This document shows, one piece after another, positions 30,786-41,170 of a stretch of DNA of 64,000 bases. Under the pieces are notes generated by a model. That model made no database searches, was not told the origin of the DNA, and saw nothing but the letters and a program-made list of their open reading frames with translations. The DNA is from Rikenellaceae bacterium (GTDB taxonomy: Bacteria; Bacteroidota; Bacteroidia; Bacteroidales; UBA932). The stretch lies in NCBI GenBank assembly GCA_900769145.1, contig CAAGFN010000160.1, positions 741-64,740 of the forward strand. The letters run 5' to 3'. The translations under genes were made by a program, and so were the position numbers. Position 1 is the stretch's first letter, and each line of letters begins with the position of its first letter.

Positions 30786-33443
30786 TCATATCCCAAGTTC
30801 CTTCTTCATATCCCGGAGCAGGTCGAAGGCCTGGAGAGGAGTCATATTGTTGATATCCACCGCATTGAGCCTGTCCCTAATGGAGGACAATGTAGGGTCG
30901 TCGAGCTGGAACAGTGACAGCTGAATCGACCCGTCACTCTCCACTGTGCCCTCCTTGATGTTGTATGGTTTGACAATCTTCCCGCAGGCCGAACCTTCAG
31001 GCTTGGCAATGGTTCCCGGAGCGGAGGACTCCAATGCGGCAAGGGTATCCTCGGCCGACTTGATGACCTCCTTCGGCATTCCCGCCATACGGGCCACGTG
31101 GATACCGAAGCTGTGGGCCGTGCCGCCCTCCTTGAGCTTGCGGAGGAAAATCACCTCCCTGCCCACCTCCTTGACGGCCACGTGGAAATTCTTCACGCGG
31201 GGATAAATGCCCTCCAGGTCATTGAGTTCATGGTAATGGGTGGCGAACAGGGTCATTGCCCCCTTGCCATACTCGTGAATGTACTCCACAATAGCCCTGG
31301 CAATCGACATTCCGTCGTATGTGGATGTTCCGCGGCCGATTTCGTCCAGGAGCACCAGCGAACGCTCAGAGAGATTGTGCAGAATCATCGATGTCTCGAG
31401 CATCTCCACCATGAACGTGGACTCGCCCCGGGAGATGTTGTCGGAGGCCCCAACGCGGGTGAAAAGCTTGTCGAAGAAGCCGAACTTAACCTGGTCCGCC
31501 GGCACGAATGAGCCTATCTGGGCCATCAGGACAATGAGGGCAGTCTGTCGGAGCAGAGCTGATTTTCCGGACATGTTCGGACCCGTCAGTACGATAATCT
31601 GCTGGCTGTCCTTGTCCAGATAAATGTCGTTCGGAACATATTCCTCGCCCGGCTTCATCAATGTCTCAATAACCGGGTGACGCCCCGCCTTGATGCTCAG
31701 GGAATGGCTCCTGTCAATCTCCGGCCTGCAATAATGCCTCTCCAATGCCTGCTCCGCAAAGCCTGCCAGCACGTCAATGCGGGCAAGCGCAAGAGCATTG
31801 ACCTGGATGGTGCGGATGAATGACTGGAGACGGGTTATGAGGGCATTGTAAATGGAAGTCTCGAGGGCGTAAATCTTGTCCTCCGCAGAGAGAATCTGCT
31901 CCTCGTATTCCTTAAGTTCCTGGGTGATATATCTTTCGGCATTGACCAGAGTCTGCTTGCGGATCCAGTCCTCCGGGACCTTGTCCTTGTGGGTATTGCG
32001 GACCTCGATGTAGTAGCCGAAAACATTGTTGTAACTGATTTTGAGAGAAGGGATTCCGGTGCGCTCCGTCTCGCGCTGCTGCATTTCGATGAGATATTGC
32101 TTCCCGCCCCTCGAAATTTCCCTGAGGCGGTCCAGCTCGGCATCCACTCCGGACGCAATTACGTCGCCCTTTCCAATGGCGGATGCGGCCTCCGGGCTGA
32201 TTGTCCTGCGGATATCCTCCAGCAGGGCCGAACAGTCATCAATCCCGTCCACAAGGGTCCTGAGGGCATTGCAGCAGCTGGCTGAGCCATTGACAATCTC
32301 CCTTATCGGGCCTGTCTGCGCAAGTCCGCGGCCAAGCTGAAGAATCTCCCTCGGGAAAATCTTTCCGGTCGCAGCCCTGGAAAGAATGCGGTCCAGGTCG
32401 CCGATTTCGCCCAGACGCATCTGGAGAGCGTCAAGCCGCTCACGGTCAGAGCAAAGGTCCTCCACAATGTCATGGCGGGAACGGATTTCGTCAATGTCCA
32501 ATGACGGCATTGCCAGCCAGGTCCTGAGAAGCCTGGAGCCCATAGGCGAAGAACATTTGTCAATGACATCCACCAATGAGACCCCTTCCCCGCCGACCGA
32601 GGCGCTGAACACTTCAAGATTGCGCACCGTAAAGCGGTCCATCCAGACGAAACTGCCCCCGTCAATCCTGGAGATGGAGCAGATATTGGCCAGCCCGGCG
32701 TGGTGAGTCTGCTCCAGATACACGACCAGAGCCCCCGCAGCACAGATGCCAAGCGGGTGACGTTCAATGCCATAGCCCTTGAGGGAATCCACCTTGAGCT
32801 GCTTCTTGAGCCTCTCCGCGGCGGAATCATGGACAAAGGCCCACTCATCAATGGTGGAGATATAGGCCTTGTCCCCGAAGAGTTCCCTGACCCGCTTTTC
32901 CTCGCCCCTCTCGACCACAAGTTCCTTCGGCGAAAGGGATGATATCAACGTGCCGATGAACTCCGGGCTGCCCTGGGCCACCTCGAATGTACCCGTGGAG
33001 GCATCCAGGAAGGCGGCTCCGCATTCGTTCCGGGAGAATGTCAGCCCGGCGAGGTAGTTGTGTTCCTTCTGCTCCAGCATCTGTTCCCCGAATGCCAGGC
33101 CCGGGGTGACGAGCTCGGTCACTCCCCGCTTTACCAATGTCTTGGTGAGTTTCGGGTCCTCCAGCTGGTCGCAGACTGCCACCTTGTACCCCGCCCTGAT
33201 GAGTTTGGTGAGATAGAGTTCGATGGCGTGGTGCGGGAAGCCGGCCATGGCCACGTGGCCCTTGTCCCCGTTGGAACGCTTCGTCAGGACAATGCCGAGC
33301 ACCTTGCTCGCAAGCACGGCATCATCGGAATAGGTCTCGTAGAAGTCCCCTACCCTGTACAGAAGAATGGCCTCAGGGTTCTGGGCCTTCACGGAAAAAT
33401 ATTGTTTCAGTAGAGGGGTGTCCTCCGCTTGTTTTTTCGCCAT
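30786..33443 (-). CDS. mutS: DNA mismatch repair protein MutS
   Basis: The track ORF extends to 34070 only because no stop occurs. The true start is MAKKQAEDTPLLKQYF (aa 210 of the ORF, near 33443). Walker A GPNMSGKS and motif FATHYHEL are present. Confidence 0.9.
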   Translation of the reverse strand: MAKKQAEDTPLLKQYFSVKAQNPEAILLYRVGDFYETYSDDAVLASKVLGIVLTKRSNGDKGHVAMAGFPHHAIELYLTKLIRAGYKVAVCDQLEDPKLTKTLVKRGVTELVTPGLAFGEQMLEQKEHNYLAGLTFSRNECGAAFLDASTGTFEVAQGSPEFIGTLISSLSPKELVVERGEEKRVRELFGDKAYISTIDEWAFVHDSAAERLKKQLKVDSLKGYGIERHPLGICAAGALVVYLEQTHHAGLANICSISRIDGGSFVWMDRFTVRNLEVFSASVGGEGVSLVDVIDKCSSPMGSRLLRTWLAMPSLDIDEIRSRHDIVEDLCSDRERLDALQMRLGEIGDLDRILSRAATGKIFPREILQLGRGLAQTGPIREIVNGSASCCNALRTLVDGIDDCSALLEDIRRTISPEAASAIGKGDVIASGVDAELDRLREISRGGKQYLIEMQQRETERTGIPSLKISYNNVFGYYIEVRNTHKDKVPEDWIRKQTLVNAERYITQELKEYEEQILSAEDKIYALETSIYNALITRLQSFIRTIQVNALALARIDVLAGFAEQALERHYCRPEIDRSHSLSIKAGRHPVIETLMKPGEEYVPNDIYLDKDSQQIIVLTGPNMSGKSALLRQTALIVLMAQIGSFVPADQVKFGFFDKLFTRVGASDNISRGESTFMVEMLETSMILHNLSERSLVLLDEIGRGTSTYDGMSIARAIVEYIHEYGKGAMTLFATHYHELNDLEGIYPRVKNFHVAVKEVGREVIFLRKLKEGGTAHSFGIHVARMAGMPKEVIKSAEDTLAALESSAPGTIAKPEGSACGKIVKPYNIKEGTVESDGSIQLSLFQLDDPTLSSIRDRLNAVDINNMTPLQAFDLLRDMKKELGI

Positions 33444-33530
33444 AAGAGATGAGTAATCCTTCAGAAGGGGAATTTTTCCCCAACATCCTGACAAAAATAC
33501 AATTTTTCTTGCTACTTTTGGGACATTGTT

Positions 33531-34850
33531 ATGAAAAAAGTTCTGGTCATCACATATTACTGGCCTCCGACCGGAGGCTCCGGGGTACAGCGATGGGTGA
33601 AATTCGCCAAATATCTGCCGCAATTCGGATGGCAGCCGGTCATCTATACGCCCGAGAATCCGGAAATGACTTCGGTGGACAAGACGCTGGAAGGCGACAT
33701 TCCCCCGGAGGCTATAGTAATCAAGAGGCCGATAACCGAGTTCTACACACTCTACCGCCGCCTGATGGGACGCGGGGACAGCAGCGTGAAGGAGGTCAAT
33801 CCCATCAACAACAGGGAGAGGACCTTCAAGCAGAAACTTATGCTCGCCCTGAGGGGCAATCTCTTCATCCCCGACCCGAGGGTGACCTGGGTGGGACCGT
33901 CCGTCCGCTTCCTGAAGAAGTATCTGAAGGAGAATCCCGTGGACATAATCGTCAGCACCGGCCCTCCGCATTCTATGCATCTCATAGCAATGAAGGTGGC
34001 AGCCGCTACAGGCATTCCGTGGGTTGCTGACTTCCGTGACCCGTGGACCAAGATGTTCTATTTCAAACATTTATGTCTGTCCAGCTGGGCGGAGCGAAAG
34101 CATCAGCGCCTGGAAAAGGAAGTGCTTGACAATGCCGATGTGGTGGTGGCAGTCTCCCCTCTTGTCCAGGACGAGTTCAAGACAATGACAGATACCCCCG
34201 TGGAACTGATTACCAACGGTTTCGACGAGGATGATTTCGAGCAGGTGGTGGAGCCGGACGGATATTTCAATGTTACCCACACCGGGCTTTTCGCCGCCGA
34301 CGGCAATCCTGAAGTAATCTGGAAGGTACTGGCGGAAAAATGCGCTGCCGAGCCGGAGTTCCGGAAAATGCTGAGAATCCGCCTGGCCGGGAAGACCGAC
34401 CCCGAAATCATTGCCTCAATCAGGGCAGCCGGGCTGGAGGACAACCTCATTGACCTCGGCTACCAGAGCCATAACAATGCCGTCCGCGAGCAGAAAAATG
34501 CCTCCCTCCTGATTCTCCCCCTCCGCAAGGAACCAGAATACAGGGCCACTCTGCCGGGCAAACTCTTCGAATATCTGGCCTCGATGGTCCCTGTGCTCGG
34601 TATCGGCCAGACTGACGGGGCCATGGCCCGCATCATCAATGAAACCCGGGCAGGAGTAGTATTCAACTGGGATGACGAGGAATCAGTCCGCACATACATC
34701 AACCATTGCTGGCAGGATTTCTCCTCCGAAAATGAGACTCCGGCCAGAAGGGACAATGCAGACGCCATCCTCCGCTATTCCCGCAGGAATACTGCCGGGC
34801 AGATGGCCGAACTGTTCCAGCGGCTCCAAGTAATTTTTGAAGATTACTAA
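33531..34850 (+). CDS. Glycosyltransferase (GT4-like, group 1)
   Basis: 439 aa. The N-terminus VLVITYYWPPTGGSGVQRW is typical of a GT4 N-domain. The C-terminal domain has EYLASMVPVLG. Confidence 0.75.
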   Translation: MKKVLVITYYWPPTGGSGVQRWVKFAKYLPQFGWQPVIYTPENPEMTSVDKTLEGDIPPEAIVIKRPITEFYTLYRRLMGRGDSSVKEVNPINNRERTFKQKLMLALRGNLFIPDPRVTWVGPSVRFLKKYLKENPVDIIVSTGPPHSMHLIAMKVAAATGIPWVADFRDPWTKMFYFKHLCLSSWAERKHQRLEKEVLDNADVVVAVSPLVQDEFKTMTDTPVELITNGFDEDDFEQVVEPDGYFNVTHTGLFAADGNPEVIWKVLAEKCAAEPEFRKMLRIRLAGKTDPEIIASIRAAGLEDNLIDLGYQSHNNAVREQKNASLLILPLRKEPEYRATLPGKLFEYLASMVPVLGIGQTDGAMARIINETRAGVVFNWDDEESVRTYINHCWQDFSSENETPARRDNADAILRYSRRNTAGQMAELFQRLQVIFEDY

Positions 34851-36538
34851 ATCAACATGATAATCTGGGCGGAGATAACCCTAAGGAACATGCAGACAGG
34901 ATAAACCGTGGCGTAGGCTACGGAAGGCTTGTCGTCGTCAACTGTGCTCAGGGCATATTCCAGGGCTATCGGATTGGCCATTGAGCCGCAGAGCATACCC
35001 ACATTGGAGGAATAGTCCGTGCCAAGGACGCGGGAGGCCAGGAAACCTACCAGAAGGACAGGGACAATGGCCATTACCAGGCTGGCTCCAATCCAGAGCA
35101 AACCCTCCGGCCTGAAAACCATTGAGAAAAACTCCGGACCTGCGCTGAGACCAAGGCCGGCCAGATAGACAGTGATGCCGAACTGCCTGAGCATAAGGCT
35201 GGCACTATGGGTAGTATAGGTCGTCAGATGAATACGCGGCCCGAATGCGCCCATCAGGATGCCGACAATAATAGGACCGCCGGCAATGCCCAGCTTGATC
35301 GGGGAACTCATCCCCGGAATCATTATCGGAATACTTCCGAGGAGAAGACCCAGGACAATGCCTATGAACAGCGACAGCAGATTAGGTGTCCTGAGTTCTT
35401 TCTCTTGATTACCAAGTACTTCTGCAACCCTGTCAATGGCACTTTCCCTGCCGACAACAGTCAGTTTGTCACCCATCTGGAGATGCAGGCCGCTGGACGG
35501 AAGAATGTCAATTCCGGCGCGGTTCACCCTTGTGATATTGACTCCGAAGGCATTGCGAAGATGAAGGTCACCAAGCTTTACCCCGTTCTTGTCAGGCCTT
35601 GTCACCAGCACGTGGCGGGACACCAGGACACCGTCTATGGAGTTCCAGTCAATGTTGCGGCTGTTCCAGTCCTTGTTAACCTTCTGGCCGAAAATCATTT
35701 CCACGGCATCCACGTCCTTCTCCTTGGACAATACGAGCACGTGCTCTCCCTCCTCAAGCAATGTCTCCCCGTCCGGGATGATGACCTTGCCCTGCCGCCC
35801 GTCATTCTCATCGGCCCCATGGCTGAACTTCCAGACCCTGGACACCACCAGGCGGACAGGCACCGCATTCATTATCTCCTTGATAGTCTTGCCGAAAATG
35901 GAAGGATTGCTGACCCTGAACTCGGTGACGAATGCCGGGCTGTCGTGCTGGTCAACATTGTCACGGCGCCGGCTGAAAAGTACCTTGAGTATTATCACAC
36001 AGAGGATTACGCCAATGACACCGAAGGGATAACCCACAGCACAGGCTACGGCCATGCCGTTGGATTCGGCCAATGCCGAAGGGTCAGCCTGAAGAAGCGA
36101 CTGCTGGGCCGCTCCCAGCATCGGAGTATTGGTCACGGCTCCGGAAAACAAGCCCATGGAAACGTACAGAGGCATGTCCCCAATCCAGACAAAGGCCAGC
36201 ATAATGAATATGCCCAGGACCATGACGGCCACGGCCAGCAGGTTCAGCTTCATGCCGCCCTTCTTCAATGAAGGGAAGAAACTCGGCCCCACCTGAAGTC
36301 CAAGGGAATAGACGAAGAGAATGAGGCCGAAATTCTGGGCCAGCACAAGCATCTGCGGGTCAATGCTGAGGCCGAGATGCCCTGCCAGGATGCCGGCGAA
36401 GAAAACGAATGTCACGCCAAGGGATACTCCCTTGATTTTCAATTTATTACAGGCAAGTCCCGCCGCGCAGATGAGCGACAGGACCAAAATTGCCTGAATG
36501 AAACTGTGTTCAAACAGTATGTCAGTGAACCACTGCAT
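34847..36538 (-). CDS. Putative transporter of the YidE/YbjL/AspT duplication family, with two central TrkA-C (RCK_C) domains
   Basis: 563 aa. Five to six TM segments are present at each end, with a soluble middle region. Confidence 0.8.
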   Translation of the reverse strand: MQWFTDILFEHSFIQAILVLSLICAAGLACNKLKIKGVSLGVTFVFFAGILAGHLGLSIDPQMLVLAQNFGLILFVYSLGLQVGPSFFPSLKKGGMKLNLLAVAVMVLGIFIMLAFVWIGDMPLYVSMGLFSGAVTNTPMLGAAQQSLLQADPSALAESNGMAVACAVGYPFGVIGVILCVIILKVLFSRRRDNVDQHDSPAFVTEFRVSNPSIFGKTIKEIMNAVPVRLVVSRVWKFSHGADENDGRQGKVIIPDGETLLEEGEHVLVLSKEKDVDAVEMIFGQKVNKDWNSRNIDWNSIDGVLVSRHVLVTRPDKNGVKLGDLHLRNAFGVNITRVNRAGIDILPSSGLHLQMGDKLTVVGRESAIDRVAEVLGNQEKELRTPNLLSLFIGIVLGLLLGSIPIMIPGMSSPIKLGIAGGPIIVGILMGAFGPRIHLTTYTTHSASLMLRQFGITVYLAGLGLSAGPEFFSMVFRPEGLLWIGASLVMAIVPVLLVGFLASRVLGTDYSSNVGMLCGSMANPIALEYALSTVDDDKPSVAYATVYPVCMFLRVISAQIIMLI

Positions 36539-36544
36539 TGAGAA

Positions 36545-38326
36545 TTATTTCACCTCTACTTTCTTGACGGTTTCGCCGTGAAAGTGAGCCACGGCCTCTT
36601 TCCAGTACTCTGTGTAGCCCGGCTGGGTCAGCCCGTCCGGAATATGCTCTGACTCAGGGCTGTGTACGAATGAGCCATCCTCGTTCTGAGCCTTCACATT
36701 GCCGTCGATAAACTTGACGAGAAGGGTTTCCTCCAGCTTTACCCATTCATTGAAAATGGCATCGGCGGTACTGACTGTGTATGATGTAAGATATTGTTTT
36801 ACACTCGCAAAAGCATTGCCGGTATCAGTCATCGGGTCATAGCCCGGATTCTTCTTCGACTGCTTCCTGGCCTCCTTGGCGGCGATTGCATTGTACATCT
36901 CCAATGCCTTCGCATCGGCCTGTGGCACACCTTCATTGAGCTGGGCATTCTCGAAATTGTCGATATGCTCCCTCACATACGGGGCCATATAGTTGTACAT
37001 CTTGTAGCAGGCGTTGGATACCCTGTTGTTTACCCAGAATGAGGAAGTCGGAGAGTAGGTGAGAAGGTCTCCGTTGCCGACTCTGAAGCATTCAGGGACA
37101 ATCTCGACATTGGTATAAACAGGTGTAACATAAGAGGTTGCAGCATCGTCGGTACCGAACCAGAGAATACCGCCCATCACGTCAGGATAGTTTCCGCGGG
37201 CCTGGCCCACGAACCAGAATCCGGTCTGCTGGGTGGCGATGGCCCTCTCATTGGTGTATTCCTTGCCGTCGTAGGAGAAGCCCATCGGCCTCCATCTATA
37301 AGGAAGGGCGTTTCCGCCGGCACCGATATCCTGGGTCATATCCATCGGGGTACCCTCGTAATGATCCCTCATCACATCGGCTATATCCTTGACTGTCAAC
37401 TTGGTGGCAGGCTTGATCCAGAGAGGCATATTGTTGGCCGGGTTGTGGCCCATAGCGTAATCCACGAAGTCGTAGGAATCCTTCTCCACGAGGCTGCCGC
37501 CATTTTCATAGACGAACTTGCCCTTGCCGAGAATATTGAATGCGCTCCAGACCCTGGCCTCGCAGCCCCTGAGCCCGCCGAAATCGGGAGGGCAGTAGGT
37601 ATCCCTGAAGCTGAACTCCTCATCCTTGCCGTCGAACCAGCCCATCTTCCTGGCAAAAGAAATCACATCCTTGGCATAGAGGCAGTTTTCCGGGTCGTCG
37701 AGAGGGAAGGTGGTGATGCGGGCCTGATTGGCATGGCCGCTGATGTATCCGTCCGGAATGCGGCGGGCCACCCATACGGAGCCCTTCTCCTTGCCCTTTC
37801 CGACCATTTCCATTATCCAGGCCTCCTCCTTGTCAGCGATGGAGAATGACTCGCCCTCGGAAAAATAGCCGTATTTCTGGGTCAGTTCATCCATCAGCTT
37901 TATGGCCTCTCTTGCGGTCCTGGCCCTCTGGAGGGTAATGTAGATAAGCGAGCCGTAGTCCATCCTGGCATCCGGATTGTCGAGTCCGTGACGTCCTCCG
38001 AATGTGGTCTCTGCTATTATGAGCTGGTGCTCATTCATGTTGCCCACGGTCTTGTAGGTATGCGGAACCTGCTCAATTTCACCTAGATACTTGCCTGAAT
38101 CCCAGTTATACACCTTGAGCTTGGTACCGTCTGCCCAGTCGGCCTGGGGCTTGAAGTACAACTCTCCGTAAAGCCAATGTGAATCAGCTGCATACGAGAC
38201 GAGGCAGGAGCCGTCGGCGCTTGCTCCGCGGGTAACGATGACATTGGTGCAGGCCTCGGACCTGTTGCCTGCGGCGAAAAAAAGCGAGGCGACCATTGCG
38301 GCGGCCAGGATTGTTCTATATTTCAT
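36545..38326 (-). CDS. Peptidase family C69 dipeptidase, secreted
   Basis: 593 aa with signal peptide. The N-terminal nucleophile after cleavage is ...SEACTNVIV. C69-like length and composition. Confidence 0.8.
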   Translation of the reverse strand: MKYRTILAAAMVASLFFAAGNRSEACTNVIVTRGASADGSCLVSYAADSHWLYGELYFKPQADWADGTKLKVYNWDSGKYLGEIEQVPHTYKTVGNMNEHQLIIAETTFGGRHGLDNPDARMDYGSLIYITLQRARTAREAIKLMDELTQKYGYFSEGESFSIADKEEAWIMEMVGKGKEKGSVWVARRIPDGYISGHANQARITTFPLDDPENCLYAKDVISFARKMGWFDGKDEEFSFRDTYCPPDFGGLRGCEARVWSAFNILGKGKFVYENGGSLVEKDSYDFVDYAMGHNPANNMPLWIKPATKLTVKDIADVMRDHYEGTPMDMTQDIGAGGNALPYRWRPMGFSYDGKEYTNERAIATQQTGFWFVGQARGNYPDVMGGILWFGTDDAATSYVTPVYTNVEIVPECFRVGNGDLLTYSPTSSFWVNNRVSNACYKMYNYMAPYVREHIDNFENAQLNEGVPQADAKALEMYNAIAAKEARKQSKKNPGYDPMTDTGNAFASVKQYLTSYTVSTADAIFNEWVKLEETLLVKFIDGNVKAQNEDGSFVHSPESEHIPDGLTQPGYTEYWKEAVAHFHGETVKKVEVK

Positions 38327-38405
38327 CTTGCACTATAATATTTATTTGTTAAATTTGCCCGCTCAGTAATCCAATTTGATGCTTACTAAAAACGATTGCA
38401 AATCT

Positions 38406-38873
38406 ATGAAATTTTTCGCTAAGAGACTGACCTTTTCGGCAGTATTGTCCATTTTATTTCTGATACCTGCTTTTTCTTACGCCCAGGAGCAGCAGAAAGA
38501 GCCTACGCCTGAAGAGATGGCGGCCAAGGAGGCTGACCGTCTCGCAGAACTTCTGGACCTTGACCCGGGACAGGTTTTCTACGTGGATTCGACCCTCCAG
38601 CACGACTATGCGGCATGGAAGGAGGAAGTGACCAAACTCCAGAAATCCAGGGTGGACAACATTGATATGTACACTGCGACACGCGACAAGTGGATGCAGC
38701 AGATTGATGACACCTACCGCCGGATTTTCACCGACGAGCAATGGGCCGCCTATCTCAAGAGCGGGGCTGCCAAGAGCCAGAAGGCCAGGGAGAAGCGCAA
38801 GGCCAAGATTGAGAAGGCCAATGGGATGAGCCATGAGGCCGCCCCCGGGAAGAAAAAGCCCGAGGGCAAATGA
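38406..38873 (+). CDS. Hypothetical secreted/periplasmic protein with a charged C-terminus
   Basis: The track ORF starts at 38376. The likely start is MKFFAKRLTFSAVLSILFLIPAFSYAQ (signal peptide). No recognisable catalytic motif. Confidence 0.5.
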   Translation: MKFFAKRLTFSAVLSILFLIPAFSYAQEQQKEPTPEEMAAKEADRLAELLDLDPGQVFYVDSTLQHDYAAWKEEVTKLQKSRVDNIDMYTATRDKWMQQIDDTYRRIFTDEQWAAYLKSGAAKSQKAREKRKAKIEKANGMSHEAAPGKKKPEGK

Positions 38874-38895
38874 TGAATGATTGCTGAAAAATCAT

Positions 38896-38903
38896 TACAT
38901 TTG
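38896..38903 (+). promoter_or_regulatory. -7 box TACATTTG for pheS
   Basis: It lies just upstream of the 38909 TTG, 38915 ATG and 38927 ATG candidate starts. Confidence 0.35.
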
Positions 38904-38914
38904 CATTCTTGAAA

Positions 38915-39961
38915 ATGAATTTGACAATGAAAGAGCAGATTGAACAGTTGCTTGAGGAGGTGAGAAACCTCACTTGCAAGACGGAGAAAGATATTGAGGA
39001 CGCCAGGGTGCGTCTTTTGGGCAAGAAAGGTGAGATTACGAAACTTTTCGACGAGTTCCGTACCATCGCCCCTGATCTCAAGAGAGAGTTCGGCCAGAAG
39101 TTGAATGTCCTGAAGAAGGAAGCGAGCGCCAAGATTGAGGAGCTCAAGGCTTCTGCACAGTCAGCGGGTCAGGCTGCGGATGACTCGTTCGACGCCACCC
39201 TTCCCGGAGATATCAGGGACCTCGGTTCAAGGCATCCTGTATCCATTGCACGGCAGCAGATTGTCAGCATTTTCCGCAAGTTCGGCTACGACGTGGCCGA
39301 GGGTCCGGAGATTGAAGACGACTATCATGTTTTCGAGGCCCTGAACTTCCCTCCGAACCATCCGGCCAGGGATATGCAGGATACATTCTTCGTGTCTGCG
39401 GGCCATCCGAACCCGCTTCTGCTCCGTACCCATACTTCCAGCGTACAGGTTAGGGCAATGGAGAAGATGCAGCTTCCGATTCGTGTCATCTGCCCTGGAC
39501 GTGTGTTCAGGAACGAGGCCATCTCGGCCCGTGCGCACTGCATTTTCCATCAGGTGGAGGGTCTCTACATTGACGAGAATGTCACCTTCGCTGACTTGAA
39601 GCAGGCCATCCTGCTTTTTGCCCGCGAGATGTTCGGCCCTGATACACAGATACGTATGAGGCCATCTTACTTCCCGTTCACGGAGCCGTCCGCCGAGGTG
39701 GACGTAAGCTGCAACATCTGCCACGGCAAGGGTTGCAATATCTGCAAGGGAACCGGCTGGCTGGAGATTCTCGGCTGCGGCATGGTGGATCCTAATGTGC
39801 TTGAGGCTTCGGGCATTGACAGCAAGAAGTACTCCGGATTCGCATTCGGAATGGGTATTGAGCGTATCGCAATGCTGAAGTGGCAGGTCAATGACCTCCG
39901 TCACTATTTCGAGAACGACATGCGCTTCCTGAGGGAGTTCTCTACCTGCGTTGAGGTTTAG
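38915..39961 (+). CDS. pheS: Phenylalanine--tRNA ligase alpha subunit
   Basis: The track start at 38909 is a TTG. ATG candidates are at 38915 and 38927. Class II aaRS motifs FPFTEPSAEVDV and GMGIERIAML are present. Confidence 0.9.
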   Translation: MNLTMKEQIEQLLEEVRNLTCKTEKDIEDARVRLLGKKGEITKLFDEFRTIAPDLKREFGQKLNVLKKEASAKIEELKASAQSAGQAADDSFDATLPGDIRDLGSRHPVSIARQQIVSIFRKFGYDVAEGPEIEDDYHVFEALNFPPNHPARDMQDTFFVSAGHPNPLLLRTHTSSVQVRAMEKMQLPIRVICPGRVFRNEAISARAHCIFHQVEGLYIDENVTFADLKQAILLFAREMFGPDTQIRMRPSYFPFTEPSAEVDVSCNICHGKGCNICKGTGWLEILGCGMVDPNVLEASGIDSKKYSGFAFGMGIERIAMLKWQVNDLRHYFENDMRFLREFSTCVEV

Positions 39962-39975
39962 TTTTCTCTATCTGA

Positions 39976-40734
39976 TTACTTGGCGGGAGTCTCGATGATG
40001 TTCCTGGCCAATGTGTTGGAACACAGGAACTCACGGAGTTGAGGGCATTCGGTGGAGAGGATTGAATGGCGGTCGCCCTGCCAGATAATCTCCCCCTTGT
40101 AGAGGAAGCCGATATTGTCCCCGATTTCCATTATCGAGTTCAGGTCGTGGGTATTCATAATAGTGGTGATGCCCAGCTCCTTGGTAAGCGAACTGATAAG
40201 ATGGTCGATTACAATGGCCGTTTCCGGGTCAAGTCCGGAATTCGGCTCATCACAGAATAGAAAGGTCGGATTCAGGGCTATGGCTCTTGCGATTCCGACC
40301 CTTTTTTGCATTCCGCCGGAAAGCTCGTCAGGATACTTACCCTCGGAATCCTTGACATTGACCTTGTCCAGAAGATATCTGGCACGCTCCTCCTTCTCGG
40401 CCTTGCTCCAGTCGGTGAGGAAATCCATCGGAAACATCACATTGCCCAGGACGGTCCGGAAGTCGAAGAGGGCGCTGCCCTGGAAGAGCATACCAATCTG
40501 CTGGTGAAGATGTTTCTTCTCGTCGCGGTTCATCCGGGTCATCTCCCTGTCGCCGTACCACACCTCGCCGCAGTCAGGCTCGACCAGGCCCGAGATAATG
40601 TTCAGCAGCACAGTCTTGCCGGAGCCGCTCGCCCCGATGAGCATATTGCATTTCCCCGGCTCGAAATTCATGTTTATGTCTTTCAGGACGGTCTTCTCAC
40701 CGAAACTCTTCCTGACATCCTTCACTCTTATCAT
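39976..40734 (-). CDS. ABC transporter ATP-binding protein (MlaF-like)
   Basis: 252 aa with Walker A GASGSGKT, signature LSGGMQKRV and Walker B LFCDEP. Confidence 0.85.
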   Translation of the reverse strand: MIRVKDVRKSFGEKTVLKDINMNFEPGKCNMLIGASGSGKTVLLNIISGLVEPDCGEVWYGDREMTRMNRDEKKHLHQQIGMLFQGSALFDFRTVLGNVMFPMDFLTDWSKAEKEERARYLLDKVNVKDSEGKYPDELSGGMQKRVGIARAIALNPTFLFCDEPNSGLDPETAIVIDHLISSLTKELGITTIMNTHDLNSIMEIGDNIGFLYKGEIIWQGDRHSILSTECPQLREFLCSNTLARNIIETPAK

Positions 40735-40770
40735 ATACTATCTATCTTAAAATCAATGGTTTGGTATTGC

Positions 40771-41169
40771 TCAGCCCTTTTTACGCCTCACAACCGGTAC
40801 CAATAATACGGAGACCATCACAATCACCAGTACAGTTATTGTGATGATACCCGCCAGCGAATGCATCTTCAACAAGAAGATTGTCAAAACAATCAGTCCC
40901 TGAATCGTCACCAGCCACCTGAATATCGGCCGGGCAAGGACAGGCCGGGCCTTGTCCATCGATACCAACGTCTGCCTTACAAATGCCAACACCGCCAATA
41001 CTATGCCTGCAGCAAACATGGCAACATACAGACCTTTCGGCAAAGTGACAAAAGAGCAAAACAGCAACAGGAAGATGGAGGATTCGTACAATGCGAATGA
41101 CAGTCCATCCTTCTTCGCATTCTCAATGCTGTCAAGCATTCTTTTATCTTCATCACTCAGCTTTCTCAT
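40771..41169 (-). CDS. Small integral membrane protein, hypothetical
   Basis: 132 aa with three predicted TM helices, ending RRKKG. It lies between the MlaE-like and MlaF-like genes, 1 nt after the MlaE stop. Confidence 0.5.
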   Translation of the reverse strand: MRKLSDEDKRMLDSIENAKKDGLSFALYESSIFLLLFCSFVTLPKGLYVAMFAAGIVLAVLAFVRQTLVSMDKARPVLARPIFRWLVTIQGLIVLTIFLLKMHSLAGIITITVLVIVMVSVLLVPVVRRKKG

Positions 41170-41170
41170 A

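Noticed and set aside
33444-34070. N-terminal 209-aa extension of the MutS ORF, from the track start at 34070
   Set aside because: The extension overlaps the divergently transcribed glycosyltransferase gene and has no MutS similarity. The canonical MutS N-terminus MAKKQAEDTPLLKQYF begins at aa 210.
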